Assembly: GCA_021613535.1 (NCBI GenBank)
Contig: CP075495.1
Location: 3,782,001 to 3,846,000 of the forward strand
Direction of reading: 5' to 3'
Origin: Adineta vaga
Lineage: Eukaryota; Animalia; Rotifera
DNA: 64,000 nucleotides
The notes beneath the pieces are model-generated. The model was not told the origin of the DNA. It saw only the letters and a program-made list of their open reading frames with translations, and ran no database searches. The position numbers were made by a program, and so were the translations under genes. Positions 26,302-38,300 of this stretch are shown piece after piece. The first letter of the stretch is position 1; each line of letters starts with the position of its first letter.

Positions 26302-28965
26302 CTAGTCATCATCAATAAGAATAATATCTGACGGTTCTTTTGTTGTTGATGGTAATAATTGAATATTTGATTTAGAATCAATTTGCTGATGGTAATGCTG
26401 TTGATAATTATCATCGTCTTCCATTTCATCATCTAGAATGATATCATGAATATCAGCTGTTTTATTTTGATGTTCAAATGTTAATGATGTCGATGATAAT
26501 GTAATCGGTTTCCAATTTAAATTACTATCGATAGATATTTCATCAATCGCTTCATTTTCCATTGATTTTAATATTGATTCCGTATATGAATCAATCTGTA
26601 AATCATCAAATAATGCAGATTTATTACATACAGGACATATCCATTTACCAGCTTTTTCATTTAAAGCTAGAAGAGATAAGAAATATGAGAATTTGATATT
26701 ACACATTCAAAACTAAACTCAATTTCTAAAGTTAATGATAGACATTGTTATCTACAAATTGCAATTATTTGTTTTAGAGAGAATCTATCATTGACGAATA
26801 TACTCTGTGTGAATATGAAAACAATCATACCAATATAGTTTGTTAAATCAAAACATTGTAAATGCTGACAAGTAGTTGCTCTGATTGGTATTCTTAATCT
26901 TCTTTGATCAATAGGACATTTCAATTTTAATTTTTGATCACTAACCTCTAAACCTAAATCATGATCTATTGCTAATGCTTTCGCTACTAATTTTGCTAAA
27001 TCTTCTCGATAAAATCTTGCTGTTTTATGTTGAATTTGTTCACATAAATCTTCAATTGTTAGATGTTGTACAAGAAATATATGAAATGCATATTGAGCAT
27101 TTCCATATTGGGAATGTAAGACGGTATTTTCTGGACGATATGACCATGTTACCGAAAAATCATTCTTCATTTCGGGATTAAACATACAATATGATGTTAT
27201 ATCAATTTCACGTCCAATACGAATTAAATCTGTTTGTTGCCGTGTACATGGTTTAGGTATTGGAAGATTTGTTAAATTATGTGAATTGATTTGAACAACT
27301 AAATTTGGTGGAAGATTATCATCATATTTACCATTAGACATAGCTGGTTGATCAAGACGTACAAGTCGCATGATTAAACATTTCGTTGTTTTATGTATAT
27401 CAAGGTCAGCATCATAATCATATGAGAGACCTAATTGATTACATACTTCACAAGAAAGAAGAAAATCACCTCGGTAAAAATAATGTTTACGATATGTATC
27501 ATAACGAAATCCTTGATAAGACTCATAGATACATGATATTGGACGATAGAATGGTAAAGTCTTATGAGTGATTTTATATGTTGTTGTTGATGATGATGAT
27601 GGTGGTGGTGGTGGTGGATTCGTTCTGGTATTGGTTGATGGAGGTGGAGGTGGAGGTAAAATAGGTACTTGATATCGAAGATTAGTTGTTGTTGAACCAT
27701 TAGTAGATGCTGTTGAGGTTGGAGGAGGTTGAACATATGGTTGACGAGGTGCCAATGAAGGGAAATAAGTGGCTTGTTGAGGGCGTGAATTTTGTGGTTG
27801 ATGATTATGAACTGTAGCTGATGGAACGGATGTTGAATTAGGTCTAACTGAAAATTTTCAAAAGAAATATTGTTAAATTAATAATCGAAATGAGATAAAG
27901 TTGTTGCTAATTATTTATTCAATAGAATTGAGAACATTAATCATTTCCTCATGTAGTTCTGCTAAGAAAAAAGATATAGTAGCATGTGCAAAGCAATATT
28001 CACTTCATTATAAGCTGTTAAATTTTTTGAAAAGCATTAGCATGGACTATTACCCGTTATATATCGGTCAAAGTTGTAAATAATACGTCTGAATACATTA
28101 GTTATCGATTGTAAATATTGATCTTTATTTAGAGAGAAAATTGTTTATATCGTCGATCAATTGGATTTCGATTTTCCTTTTTAATTTAAGAGAATGTCAA
28201 CTTTCATATGTAATGAACTTATGAACTAGCGGTAACATGTATGTCATACATCAGAACAATGATCGCTTCCATGACCTAAACGATGGGCGTCGACGTATAT
28301 GACCACCGATGCCGTCAGAAAAAAATGATTCTGAAAAGATTATCATCAACAAACCCGCTCTTGATATCAGTTTTACTCGCAGTTTTAGAAACAATTTTTA
28401 TCATAGGTTCACTTCCATCTAATTCTGTGAATTTAATTAAATCAAATGTTTTACTTTGTCGCAATGGTTGTGAAACATTTGTTGGTGGATGAAAACGATA
28501 ATTAGGTTGAACATTATATTGCATTGGTTGTTGTGTATAATAATAAGGCTGTTGTTGTTGTTGTTGATTATAAGATGCCGTATAATTTTGTTGTTGTTGT
28601 GTTAGTGGTGGAGGTGGAGTTGCTCGATAAGTTTGTCGATATTCGTTAGGAAAACGTTTTTGTCTCATTGCATAGAGCGTTTGTTCAAGATCAACTGAAT
28701 AATAATTATCTATAAGAATATATGATTGTTGAATTAATTGTGTACGTGAATAATGTTGAAATTGATTATTTAATAATGTCGTTGTTATTGATTGTAAATG
28801 ATTCGTAAGAAATGAGCGTAATTGATCGTCATTTAATTCATTAATAATCTGATAAAGACGTGTACGATGTTCTTGTGAAAGACGTATAGTATTATTATTT
28901 GATGTAGTTAACATCGATGAATGCATAGTTTGAACTGAATTTAATGATGATGAATGAATATACAT
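26302..28965 (-). CDS. PIAS: PIAS/Siz-type SUMO E3 ligase paralogue B (divergent N-term, Q/P-rich linker, PINIT, SP-RING, acidic SIMs); 3 exons (28965-~28455, 27847-26831, 26666-26302)
   Basis: DDNLPPNLVVQIN, GREIDIT, LKCPIDQRRLRIPIRATTCQHLQCFD…KWICPVC, DIILDDEMEDDD and C-term DIILIDDD*. Phase-1 junctions fit. The exact start codon is uncertain. Confidence 0.9.
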
Positions 28966-30078
28966 TCGTCAAGATGGACATAGATGAAAAGAAAAGACAT
29001 CGTGTCACATGAAAAGATAGAAATATATGTCTCTTTTTTTGGGGAATTGTTCTTTGTACATAAAGATATTTGACTAATCAGAATCAAACAAATTCGTTCG
29101 TTGTCAATTGATCAATTATATAATTTCTTTTGACTTCGTTGCGTTGCTTGATTATAGAAGGACATCTGTTGACTTGAATATCTTTCGATAATAGTTTTTG
29201 TAAATAAAAATATATGAAATTTTATAGTTTCAAAAGTTTTATTCTGCTTATTTTTATGATAATATCAAATTAATTATAGATGGCATTAGAGTTTTGGCGT
29301 AGGCATATAAATGACGTATGTATTCTATACTATCAGAAGAATCGGAAGAAGAAGAAGAAGAAGAAGAAGCTATATATGTTATAATATTGCCTGCAAACTG
29401 TTTTTCTTTGGTTATTATTGATGATATATTAGAATGTTATTTTCTTTTGAGATATGATAGGTAGACAGATAACGAGATAAAAAAAGAAAACTGTTTGATG
29501 AATACGAACTTAGAAGAAGATCATGATGTTTTTATTTATCTTAACTAGATTATCTAAAGAACAAATAAATACTTCTATTTCTTCTCTTCAAAATCAAACT
29601 TTAATTCATTGAATTTATTAAAAATACAGCCTTCGTACATGTTTATTATTGATCTAGATGTAATGCTTTTCGAAGACTACATAGTGAAATAATCCTTGTA
29701 ATCAAGAGAAATATAAATATACATATCATTGATTTGATTTGATTTGATTTCTAATGCAAAAAATCCATTATGATTCCTTATGTATTATCTAATGAATCAT
29801 CAAATCAGAAAACCTGAATTCTTGATGACAGAAAGAAATGACAATTTTTTGATTGTAAATATAATCTATTCGAATAGAAATGTACAATACATTAGTAAAA
29901 TAGTTTCTAGTTTATTATTTGGATATCTATATCTACAACTAATTAGTGTAATATTTATGTTTTATAATATCATTCTTGTCTATATATATTATATTAACAA
30001 AAATTTCAAATATACTACATAAAGAAAAGAGATCTCTCATTTGTTTTTAAAAAATAAATTCTAAATTTCATTTGTCTA

Positions 30079-30741
30079 TTACATTATATGACAACATTGA
30101 GAATTTTTATATCCAGGATATGTATCTTTATTACTAAACGGTTGCCAAGATGATGTTCTTCTTTGTAATGGTTGAGGTAATTCAATTGTTAAGATTTGAT
30201 TTTCATCTAATCGTGCGCGTATTTCATCACGGTTAATATGTTTTGGTAATTGATGTTGTCGATAATATTCTTTATTAACACGATGACCAATTGTATCATC
30301 CGTATGTTGTGCTGTAACTTTTAAAAGGCCATGTTCATCAATTCGAACTGTGATATTTTTTGGTCGATATCCATGTAAATCAAATGTAAGAATATTATTA
30401 TCATACGATGAGAAATTATTTTGACGTGGTCGAACTTCTACATCAACACAGAGACGTCCATAACTATCAATTGTATTTCGTATAAGTTTGCTTTCAAGAT
30501 TGGGACCACCAAGATTATATTCGCGTCGAAATTCTTGACATAAAAATCGACTTGCACGTATACGTAATCGACCATTCGTATCAAGAAGAACAGTTATTTG
30601 TTCAGGTTCATATCCAATTAGATCAAATTCATAGGAATAAATACGATAACCTTGTCCATAATCATGTATTGAATAACGATTTGTTGATGGTAAAAAACGA
30701 TTTGTATCATTCATGATTGGTATGAATAATGAAGATGTCAT
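30079..30741 (-). CDS. Small heat-shock protein with two alpha-crystallin domains and a C-terminal CaaX
   Basis: Two HSP20-like units: FDLIGYEPEQITV…EFRREYNL…IDSYGRLCVDV and FDLHGYRPKNITV…EYYRQHQLP…LDENQILTIELP. Ends SQCCHIM*. The CDS is intronless. Confidence 0.85.
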   Translation of the reverse strand: MTSSLFIPIMNDTNRFLPSTNRYSIHDYGQGYRIYSYEFDLIGYEPEQITVLLDTNGRLRIRASRFLCQEFRREYNLGGPNLESKLIRNTIDSYGRLCVDVEVRPRQNNFSSYDNNILTFDLHGYRPKNITVRIDEHGLLKVTAQHTDDTIGHRVNKEYYRQHQLPKHINRDEIRARLDENQILTIELPQPLQRRTSSWQPFSNKDTYPGYKNSQCCHIM

Positions 30742-31519
30742 TTCGGAAATCTATGAACAAAAGAATGAGTTGAATGAGAGATTTTTTTCTTAGCAAAAAC
30801 ACGATGATATTAACAAACAGAATAACTACAAATAACCTTGACATTATTTTCTCCAGAGAAAATCAATGTTGGCCTTGCATCTCGCCATATTCATATCCAA
30901 AGAGAATCAAGAATAAATAGGAGAAAGAAGAAAATCGATAGCAGACGAGACGACTTATCCATAATATACTGCTGTTATCGGTTACAACGTTGATGATTGC
31001 TTGACTACATACATACATGCATATATATATCTATAGAATATTGTGTGAAGACAAAAATGATTAAGCTAATTCAAGTTAGTAGAAAAACAAGTCAGATAAA
31101 CATATGGATTGATATCAATGAACCAAATAGAAATCTATTTATTCAATAGGTGATATATCAAATATCTGTTTGATCGAAAACAAGATGAACATGTTCTTTA
31201 CATGAATAACATCCAATTATTAGCATAGTAGTGTATCAAGATATTTTTGAGCGTTTGAAATAGCCCTAGCATGTCTTTCTTTAAAAATGAAAAATATAAA
31301 TTTATCTACTACGATTCAAATGACAAAAAACTAGTCGAAAATTCTAAGCATTCGGCGCTTTTTTTTCCAGTAAACAATACTTCTATTTTCGCATAGAAAT
31401 ACACATTTGATTAGTAAATTACGAAAGGCGCGTGTTATCATATAAGACTCAACTATTCCAATATTATTCACATTCTTCTCAAGAACATTGATAGTTATTT
31501 CAATTGGAGAAAATAAGCA

Positions 31520-32144
31520 ATGCTATTCATTCTCATCGTTACTCTTCTAGCAACTTTGTTGCCATCGAAAATCGAAGGTAAGATTATCTGAAAATATTCT
31601 TTGTTATGAATGTACATGTTTATAGCGACCAGTTGGGTTGGTGTGTTTAATCAAGTCTCCGGGAACAAATGTGTCGCAAGTGATTCATGTTGCTGTCCTC
31701 CAGACCAATTAAATATTACTCTGGAAAATAATAAGTCTTACGTTACACTAACACCTAGTGGTACAAATTGTGCAACAAAAACAGAAACTAAAGTGGAGAT
31801 CGATACAAAGGGAACAGACTTCGACAAATCATTGTTTGGAAAATTTCAATTAAACACCGATGACCTGAACGTTACATTGTATACGGTATTTATATTCGAA
31901 AATTTTCTCCATATGATGTAATGTTGAATGAATTACAACCGTTCTTGTTTTTACACTTGATTAGACTGGAACAACAACTCTGCCTCCCTGTTCAATAATC
32001 ATGAAACGTGATGTAAATAAGCCTTCAGGCAATAATACCACTCAGGGCGATGGTACTCATAATGGAGCTTTATCGAATGATGTTTCAATTCTGATCAAAT
32101 TCATTTTAAGTATTATGATAGCTCTTTTCATTACCAATATGTGA
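31520..32144 (+). CDS. Small secreted or GPI-anchored Cys-rich protein (WVGVF…C…CCCP motif); 3 exons
   Basis: Signal peptide MLFILIVTLLATLLPSKIEA, then SWVGVFNQVSGNKCVASDSCCCPPDQLNIT, and a hydrophobic C-terminus ILIKFILSIMIALFITNM* with no cytosolic tail. Confidence 0.75.
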
Positions 32145-32320
32145 TTGACAATGCAATCATGAACTTCTTCAAAATTCATATAATTCAGAAATAAACATAG
32201 AAATTAAATTTGTTGTGAATTTTTTTTTCTTTTCAAAATAGAAATCAAATAAAGTTTAAAGTGATATCTTTGAAAAGATTATTCAAATTTTATTATACAA
32301 AGAGATGAAAATACAAATTT

Positions 32321-35300
32321 TTATTTTGTATCACAAAGAAGTGCAACACCTCGTAATGTCCAAACGTCTGGACCAGCTTTATCACCTGGTGGACATTCTA
32401 ATTTCAGTGTACAAACATAGTTTCGATCTGTTCGACGTGGTTTTTTATAAACAGGTGCATAGTAAGTTGGACGACGATCTTGTTTTGTCGGTCCCATTCC
32501 TGTACCAAAATCAGCTTCAGCTGAAATATGTATAACAGGCATTGGATGTGTAAGAACTTTTTCGTTTGCTTTCAATTCATCTAAAGCGCCATTTTTAATT
32601 TTCGCTCCTTCAATGTATAAACCATAGACATAGAGACCTTCACGTGGTGGATCTTTCAATGCATCACGATCCATTCGAGTAACTTTATTTGTTAGAACAA
32701 CATTATCAAGTGACCAACCTGCATTAGCTCGTGTTACTTCCTTTGAATATAGGAAGAAACAAAAGAGATTTTTCATTCGAAGAAATAAAAACCAATATCG
32801 ATTACCTGTCGCATAGCAGTTAAAAATCCTTGTGGATTGAAAAATCCTGTCATCCAAAAAGCAATGGGTCGTGTATCTTTGTCAAGTTTTAACCAAGAAC
32901 GATACTGTTCATTTCGTGCATATAAATCAGTAAACCAAGCACCTAATGTTGATGATTCCCAAGATAATTTTAACCAAACACTTGGAATTTTTGCATCATA
33001 CATTCGATCAAGTGCATCACGTAATTCTTCATTCATAACAATCGTACCATCAATAGCTAATTTTAAATCGACTAATGTATGTCGAACAGCATTCAGTACA
33101 CGTTGAAAACGATCGATTTCTTGTCGAAGAAAGATATTCATTGGCTCAAGTTTTGAAAGACGTTCTTTCACTTCATGAGCAATATAATCAGGTGGAAGTT
33201 TTTCTAATGTTTCAGTTGCTAAACGATAGATTACAGCTTCACGAGTTTCACCTGCACCACCACGAGCTTCTTTTGGTTGAATACTAAGAATCGTATCGAG
33301 AACTTTGCGTGTAGTATCTTCTTGATATCTATAAACAAAAGAAATACGTTTATGTCAAACGATATAAATTCATATTTCGACCAGCATTCTGTCGTTTTGT
33401 TCACTTTCAATAAGATATATTTACCTATCATTTGCTAATGGACTTAAACCAAAAACTTTTCCACTATCATAATTTGGTATTGTATCAATATAATCGAAAA
33501 CATCTTCGATACGAGCCATTCGTGGTATACGATAAGTTTTATCTTCAAAAGAAAATGCAGGATCAAACATATCGTCACGAAACCAACATTTAACATATGT
33601 TTTAAGAAGACGTTTATCAAAATCATCCGTAACACGTCCTATATTTGATAAAATAATTATTCATTTCAATACATAAAATGCTTTTACTTACCTCCATATT
33701 GTACTTCTGATATCATATAATGAATTGTTTTCCATTGCATTGACTAGGAAAAAAGTCATTTTCTAGAACGTTATGAAAACAAAAGATCCTACTTTAGTTA
33801 TGTCCATTTCATCGAGATAGTTTTGTATAAATTGAACTGTTGCATTGAAATCGGATTGATTGAATTCATATGGAATATTCCATCCTAATGGACCAAATTT
33901 TCTTCGTTCTTGTACAATTGTATGTAGAAATGCAACTGCATATAATAAAGGACGCCATTTTTCATGCGAATTCGATTCTAATTGTTGTTCTTGTGTTAAA
34001 CCAGCAAATGTTCGTTTCAAACCAGCTTTAACTCCTTGTGGCGGTTCAGCTGTATATTTAATTGAAATTTGTAAAAGACCAATGGGAAATTTTGGATGAG
34101 CTTCTGTTGTTATCCAAAGACGAAAATCTGGATGAATTCGATCAGTATTATCGGTTAATTGTATTAAGAATTCTTCACAAAAATCCAATGATAAATGACA
34201 ATTTTGTAATAAAACCCATGAACCATTCGAATAAGCTTGAGATAATAATCTTCGAGCATGAACTTCTTGTCCTTGTCCCATGGATATTGCATTACAATCG
34301 ATACCTTTCTTTTTTGCTAACGTTTCAATTTGTACAGTTGGATCTGAACCCATCGATAAGAAGCATATCATTGGTGAACATTTATCCGATTCATCCCACA
34401 TTTTTTCCATATCAAGAACAACACCTTCACCATATCTTGGTCCTAACGAATCAATAATATAATCATTTGCAGATTTAACAAAACGTGCTGGTGTAATCGA
34501 ACGAATGAGAAGAAGACGACGAAATTTATCTAATTGGGCATCCCAACCATCAGGTAATTCAGCACGTTCAGGTTCATCTTTCTACAAAAATTTCAATTAA
34601 CTTAGATTGATAGCATCGAAAGAGACGAGAGAGAGCAGCAAATCAATTTAACAGCAAAATATACTAACATGAAAATGAATACTGTCGAAAAATATTTTAG
34701 AATGTAAATGAAATTTTTTATAGATCAGCTAAAATTCTGTTTGTTTTCACGAACTTACCTTAAACCAAGTATCCCATGCAGGTCCCGAACGATTTAACTA
34801 AATAGAAATCGAATTTATACATGAAAATCATATGCTGACATAGCTTACAGAGTTTAGTATATCACTAAATTGAAAAAGTTTGGATAATTCAACAAGATTC
34901 AACCACGTATCATTTTGTAACCATTTATAGGATGGTTTTGGTGGTGCTAGACAATTAAGATATGTAAATTACTATTTTCCACGTAAAAACTAAGTCTATA
35001 AATTACCTGTGCTTGCATCAATAGATGCACCGCCTTTAATTAATGTTTGAAATTCATCATATTTAAGTCGTCCAGCTTGTAAATCAATTTTTAATGCTAA
35101 TAATAATGTAAACATAAATTTATGTTCTTCATAATAACCACGAACAGCATATTTAAACATTTCATAAGTTAAGAATTCCATAATATTTGTAATACGTTTC
35201 GATGTTACAGGTGACTAGAATGAACGAAAGTAGAAATCATCGATTAGAATTTCGAAAATAACGATGAAAAGAAAAACATTACTTTTGGTGATCGTTCAAG

Positions 35301-38300
35301 TGCTTGATCAAATAATTGTAAAAATTGTTTCAAAGAAGTTTGATACATAACATTGACAAGTGACATTTCAACAATAAGAAAATAAATAATTGAACCACGT
35401 GTTGCTACTGGACGATATTCTTCTCGAGCAACATTAATTTTTTGACTTGTTTCAGTTGCAATTTGAAGTTTATGTTTGACATCAGTTGATGTTATTTTTG
35501 TTGTTTTTAATGTTCGAATAAGATCATCGTCATCCACTAATGAACCCTAAGAACATAAAAATCACAAGATAATAAACAAATGATATTTTCTTTTCACTTA
35601 CTTTTGAATTACTCAATCTCATTAAAAGATTATCTTCTAATTCTTTCATTCGTTTATTATTTCCTTGAATATCTTCTAACATTTTCACACGTTCGGCTTC
35701 TAATTCAGCTTTTTCTTTGAGAATAGTTAAACCTAATAATTGATCTTCTAAACCTTTAATTGTGACAGTGAAATCAATGACAGATGTTTTGGCTGAGATT
35801 TCTGGTGTAAATGCTGGATTAGCTAATTTTGTTGTAATATATAAATTAAAGCCTTTTAAGATATCAACTTCTTTATCACCAACTTTAACTTTTAATGTTG
35901 TACCCGAACGAATAAAATTCTTTTCAAGAACATTATCTAATGCTGGATCAAGTTCTTCTCCAACATCTTCAATTAATAGTGGTCGACCAAGTGATAAACA
36001 ATCTTCTAAATGTTGTCGAAAATGTTTTGTTGAAAGATTTGTTGTTTGTAAATCATTCATAGCTTCTTTATTTTTAATCCATGCTTTGCCTTGACCTTGT
36101 GGATCAATTAATAGTGGATAACGTTTAGCACGTGTAACAATAATTGCATTTTGAATCGATAATTCATCATTAGGTAAACCCTGTAATTTCCATTCACCAA
36201 CAATCGTCACATCAGTTAAATATTCTGTTACATTTAATGATCGTGTAAATGGTATATTCTGTTCTGTTAATAGTTTTTGCCAATCTTTTGCTAATAATAA
36301 ACGAAAATCTTGATTAAATGGACCTTGATAGGAAAGAAATCCTGTACATAAAAGTACATCACCAACCAAACTATTTGAAATAAATATATAAAAGAAAATC
36401 GAAAAATCTAATTGGTTTTCTTACCGTCCAATTTGAGCTTTAAACTGTTTACTTTGTTCTGTCCAACGTTCTTGTTCATCAGCAAGACCAGTAATTAATT
36501 CTCTTGCAGCATTCATTCGTTTTAATGTTCGATCAAGATCATCTTGTAAACGTTGTTTAATCGCCATCGCTGCATCATATTCAGCTTGTGCTGCAGCAAC
36601 TTCTGCTTCACGTCGATCAAGTTCAGCTTGTGCCGTTTCTAATTGATTATTGGCTTTGACTAAACGTGCTTCTTGTAAAGCTAAATTTGCTTTCAATGGT
36701 AATACACGTTTATTCACATAGAAGAAATCACCCATAGCACGTGTCCATGTTAATAGACCAGCAATAGCACCAGCAGCTACTTTAGCACCTTCAGGTGTAT
36801 AATCAGGTACCCGAAAATATGTTTGAAGTAGTTCAATTTGTTCATCATTGATACGATCACGTGGAAATGTTTGAAGATTTTGTAAGAAACCTGTCTCAGA
36901 CATAAGCTAGAATGAAACAAATCAATGTTCTAGATATGTTTTTCTTTTGATAGAAATGAGAAGAACTTTACTTTTAATGAACATTCCCAACTTGGCTCTG
37001 GTCCTTGTAATTCTGGATCGATTTTAATTGGATTTTTTAAAGGACGTCCAAAGAGAATCAAAACACAATCCATCATTTGACGAATTAGACGCGGTGGACG
37101 ACCAAGTTTACGTACAACAGCAATATCGGCAGGTGTAATGGTTAATAAAGCTTCTTCGGCTGCCTAAAATTGCATCATTTCGTGATATTTTAATATATCT
37201 ATTCTATCAAACTCAACTTACTAATAATGCTGGTTTTGCTTTTTCTAATTCTGCATTTGCTTCTATTTTATCACGATTAATTTCATCAACTAAAGTTTGT
37301 GCTGTATCTTTCACTTTTTGCACTTGATGTTTAACAACTTCAGCTGCACCTTTTTTTACTGCAACTTCTTTTAAAACTTCATCTGCTTTTTTATTTGCAA
37401 TATCTAATTCTTTCTCTTTAATTGTCAATTCTTCTTTCATTACTATTACGGCTTTTTCTGCTTCGACTAAACGTGTTAAACCATCATTCATACGTTTAGC
37501 CATAGATTCAATTTCATTTAATTTATGTGCATAAATTTCTTTATAACCATTTAAAAATGCAAGATACGATTTTGGTGTAACATGTGTTGAACGACGATAT
37601 TTTTGAAAGTACTGTAAACAATATTCCGCAACACCATCATGAACAGAACCCATACATTGAACTAGTTGTTTTTTAATTGCATCCGTGCAAACAATATTGA
37701 ATGAAGAAAGAAAATGATCAGCAACGGCAACCAATGCATCACGTGGCCAACGAAGAAACCAATCAATAGTACAATTGGCAACAAGACCAGGAAATTGTAG
37801 ACCTACATGCATGACAAATCAGTTGGATATAGATGGTTTAACAAAAAGAAGAGAATTCTTTACCTCGTTTACGAAACTTTTCACCAACTGGTGAAAAACA
37901 TAGTACAACATGTAAATTTTGTCGAACACGTGAAAGAAAATAATCATATAGATTTTCATTTGTAGGTGGTCGTCTTGGATATTGCTTTTTCATTATAGGT
38001 ATTAATTCCTGACATATTTCATCCATTTCATCACGTGCAAACATTCCCGGAACCTAAATTTCAATTATCATCATGAATATGAAAATCACTATTCTTTTCA
38101 CTTACAACTCCCGATGAAAGTACATTATTGATATATTCAAGAAATGATTCATCTTTAATATCTTGATCCGAGAAAATAAATGTTATGCCTTTTCCATCTT
38201 TTCCAGCAATACGATAAAGTGTTTTTAAATCTTCTAATAAATTATTGGTATTATAAGCACGTGTTAAAGTTATTTGAAATGTTTTATAACCAGCAATGAA

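Noticed and set aside
28320-28350. Resemblance of gataatcttttcagaatcattt to the U3 snoRNA 5' box A
   Set aside because: Boxes B, C and C' are not found in the U3 arrangement downstream.
34660-34690. Possible 13-nt microexon in a dynein intron (and a 16-nt one near 45612-45627)
   Set aside because: Neither preserves the frame, and the flanking exons already join in frame.
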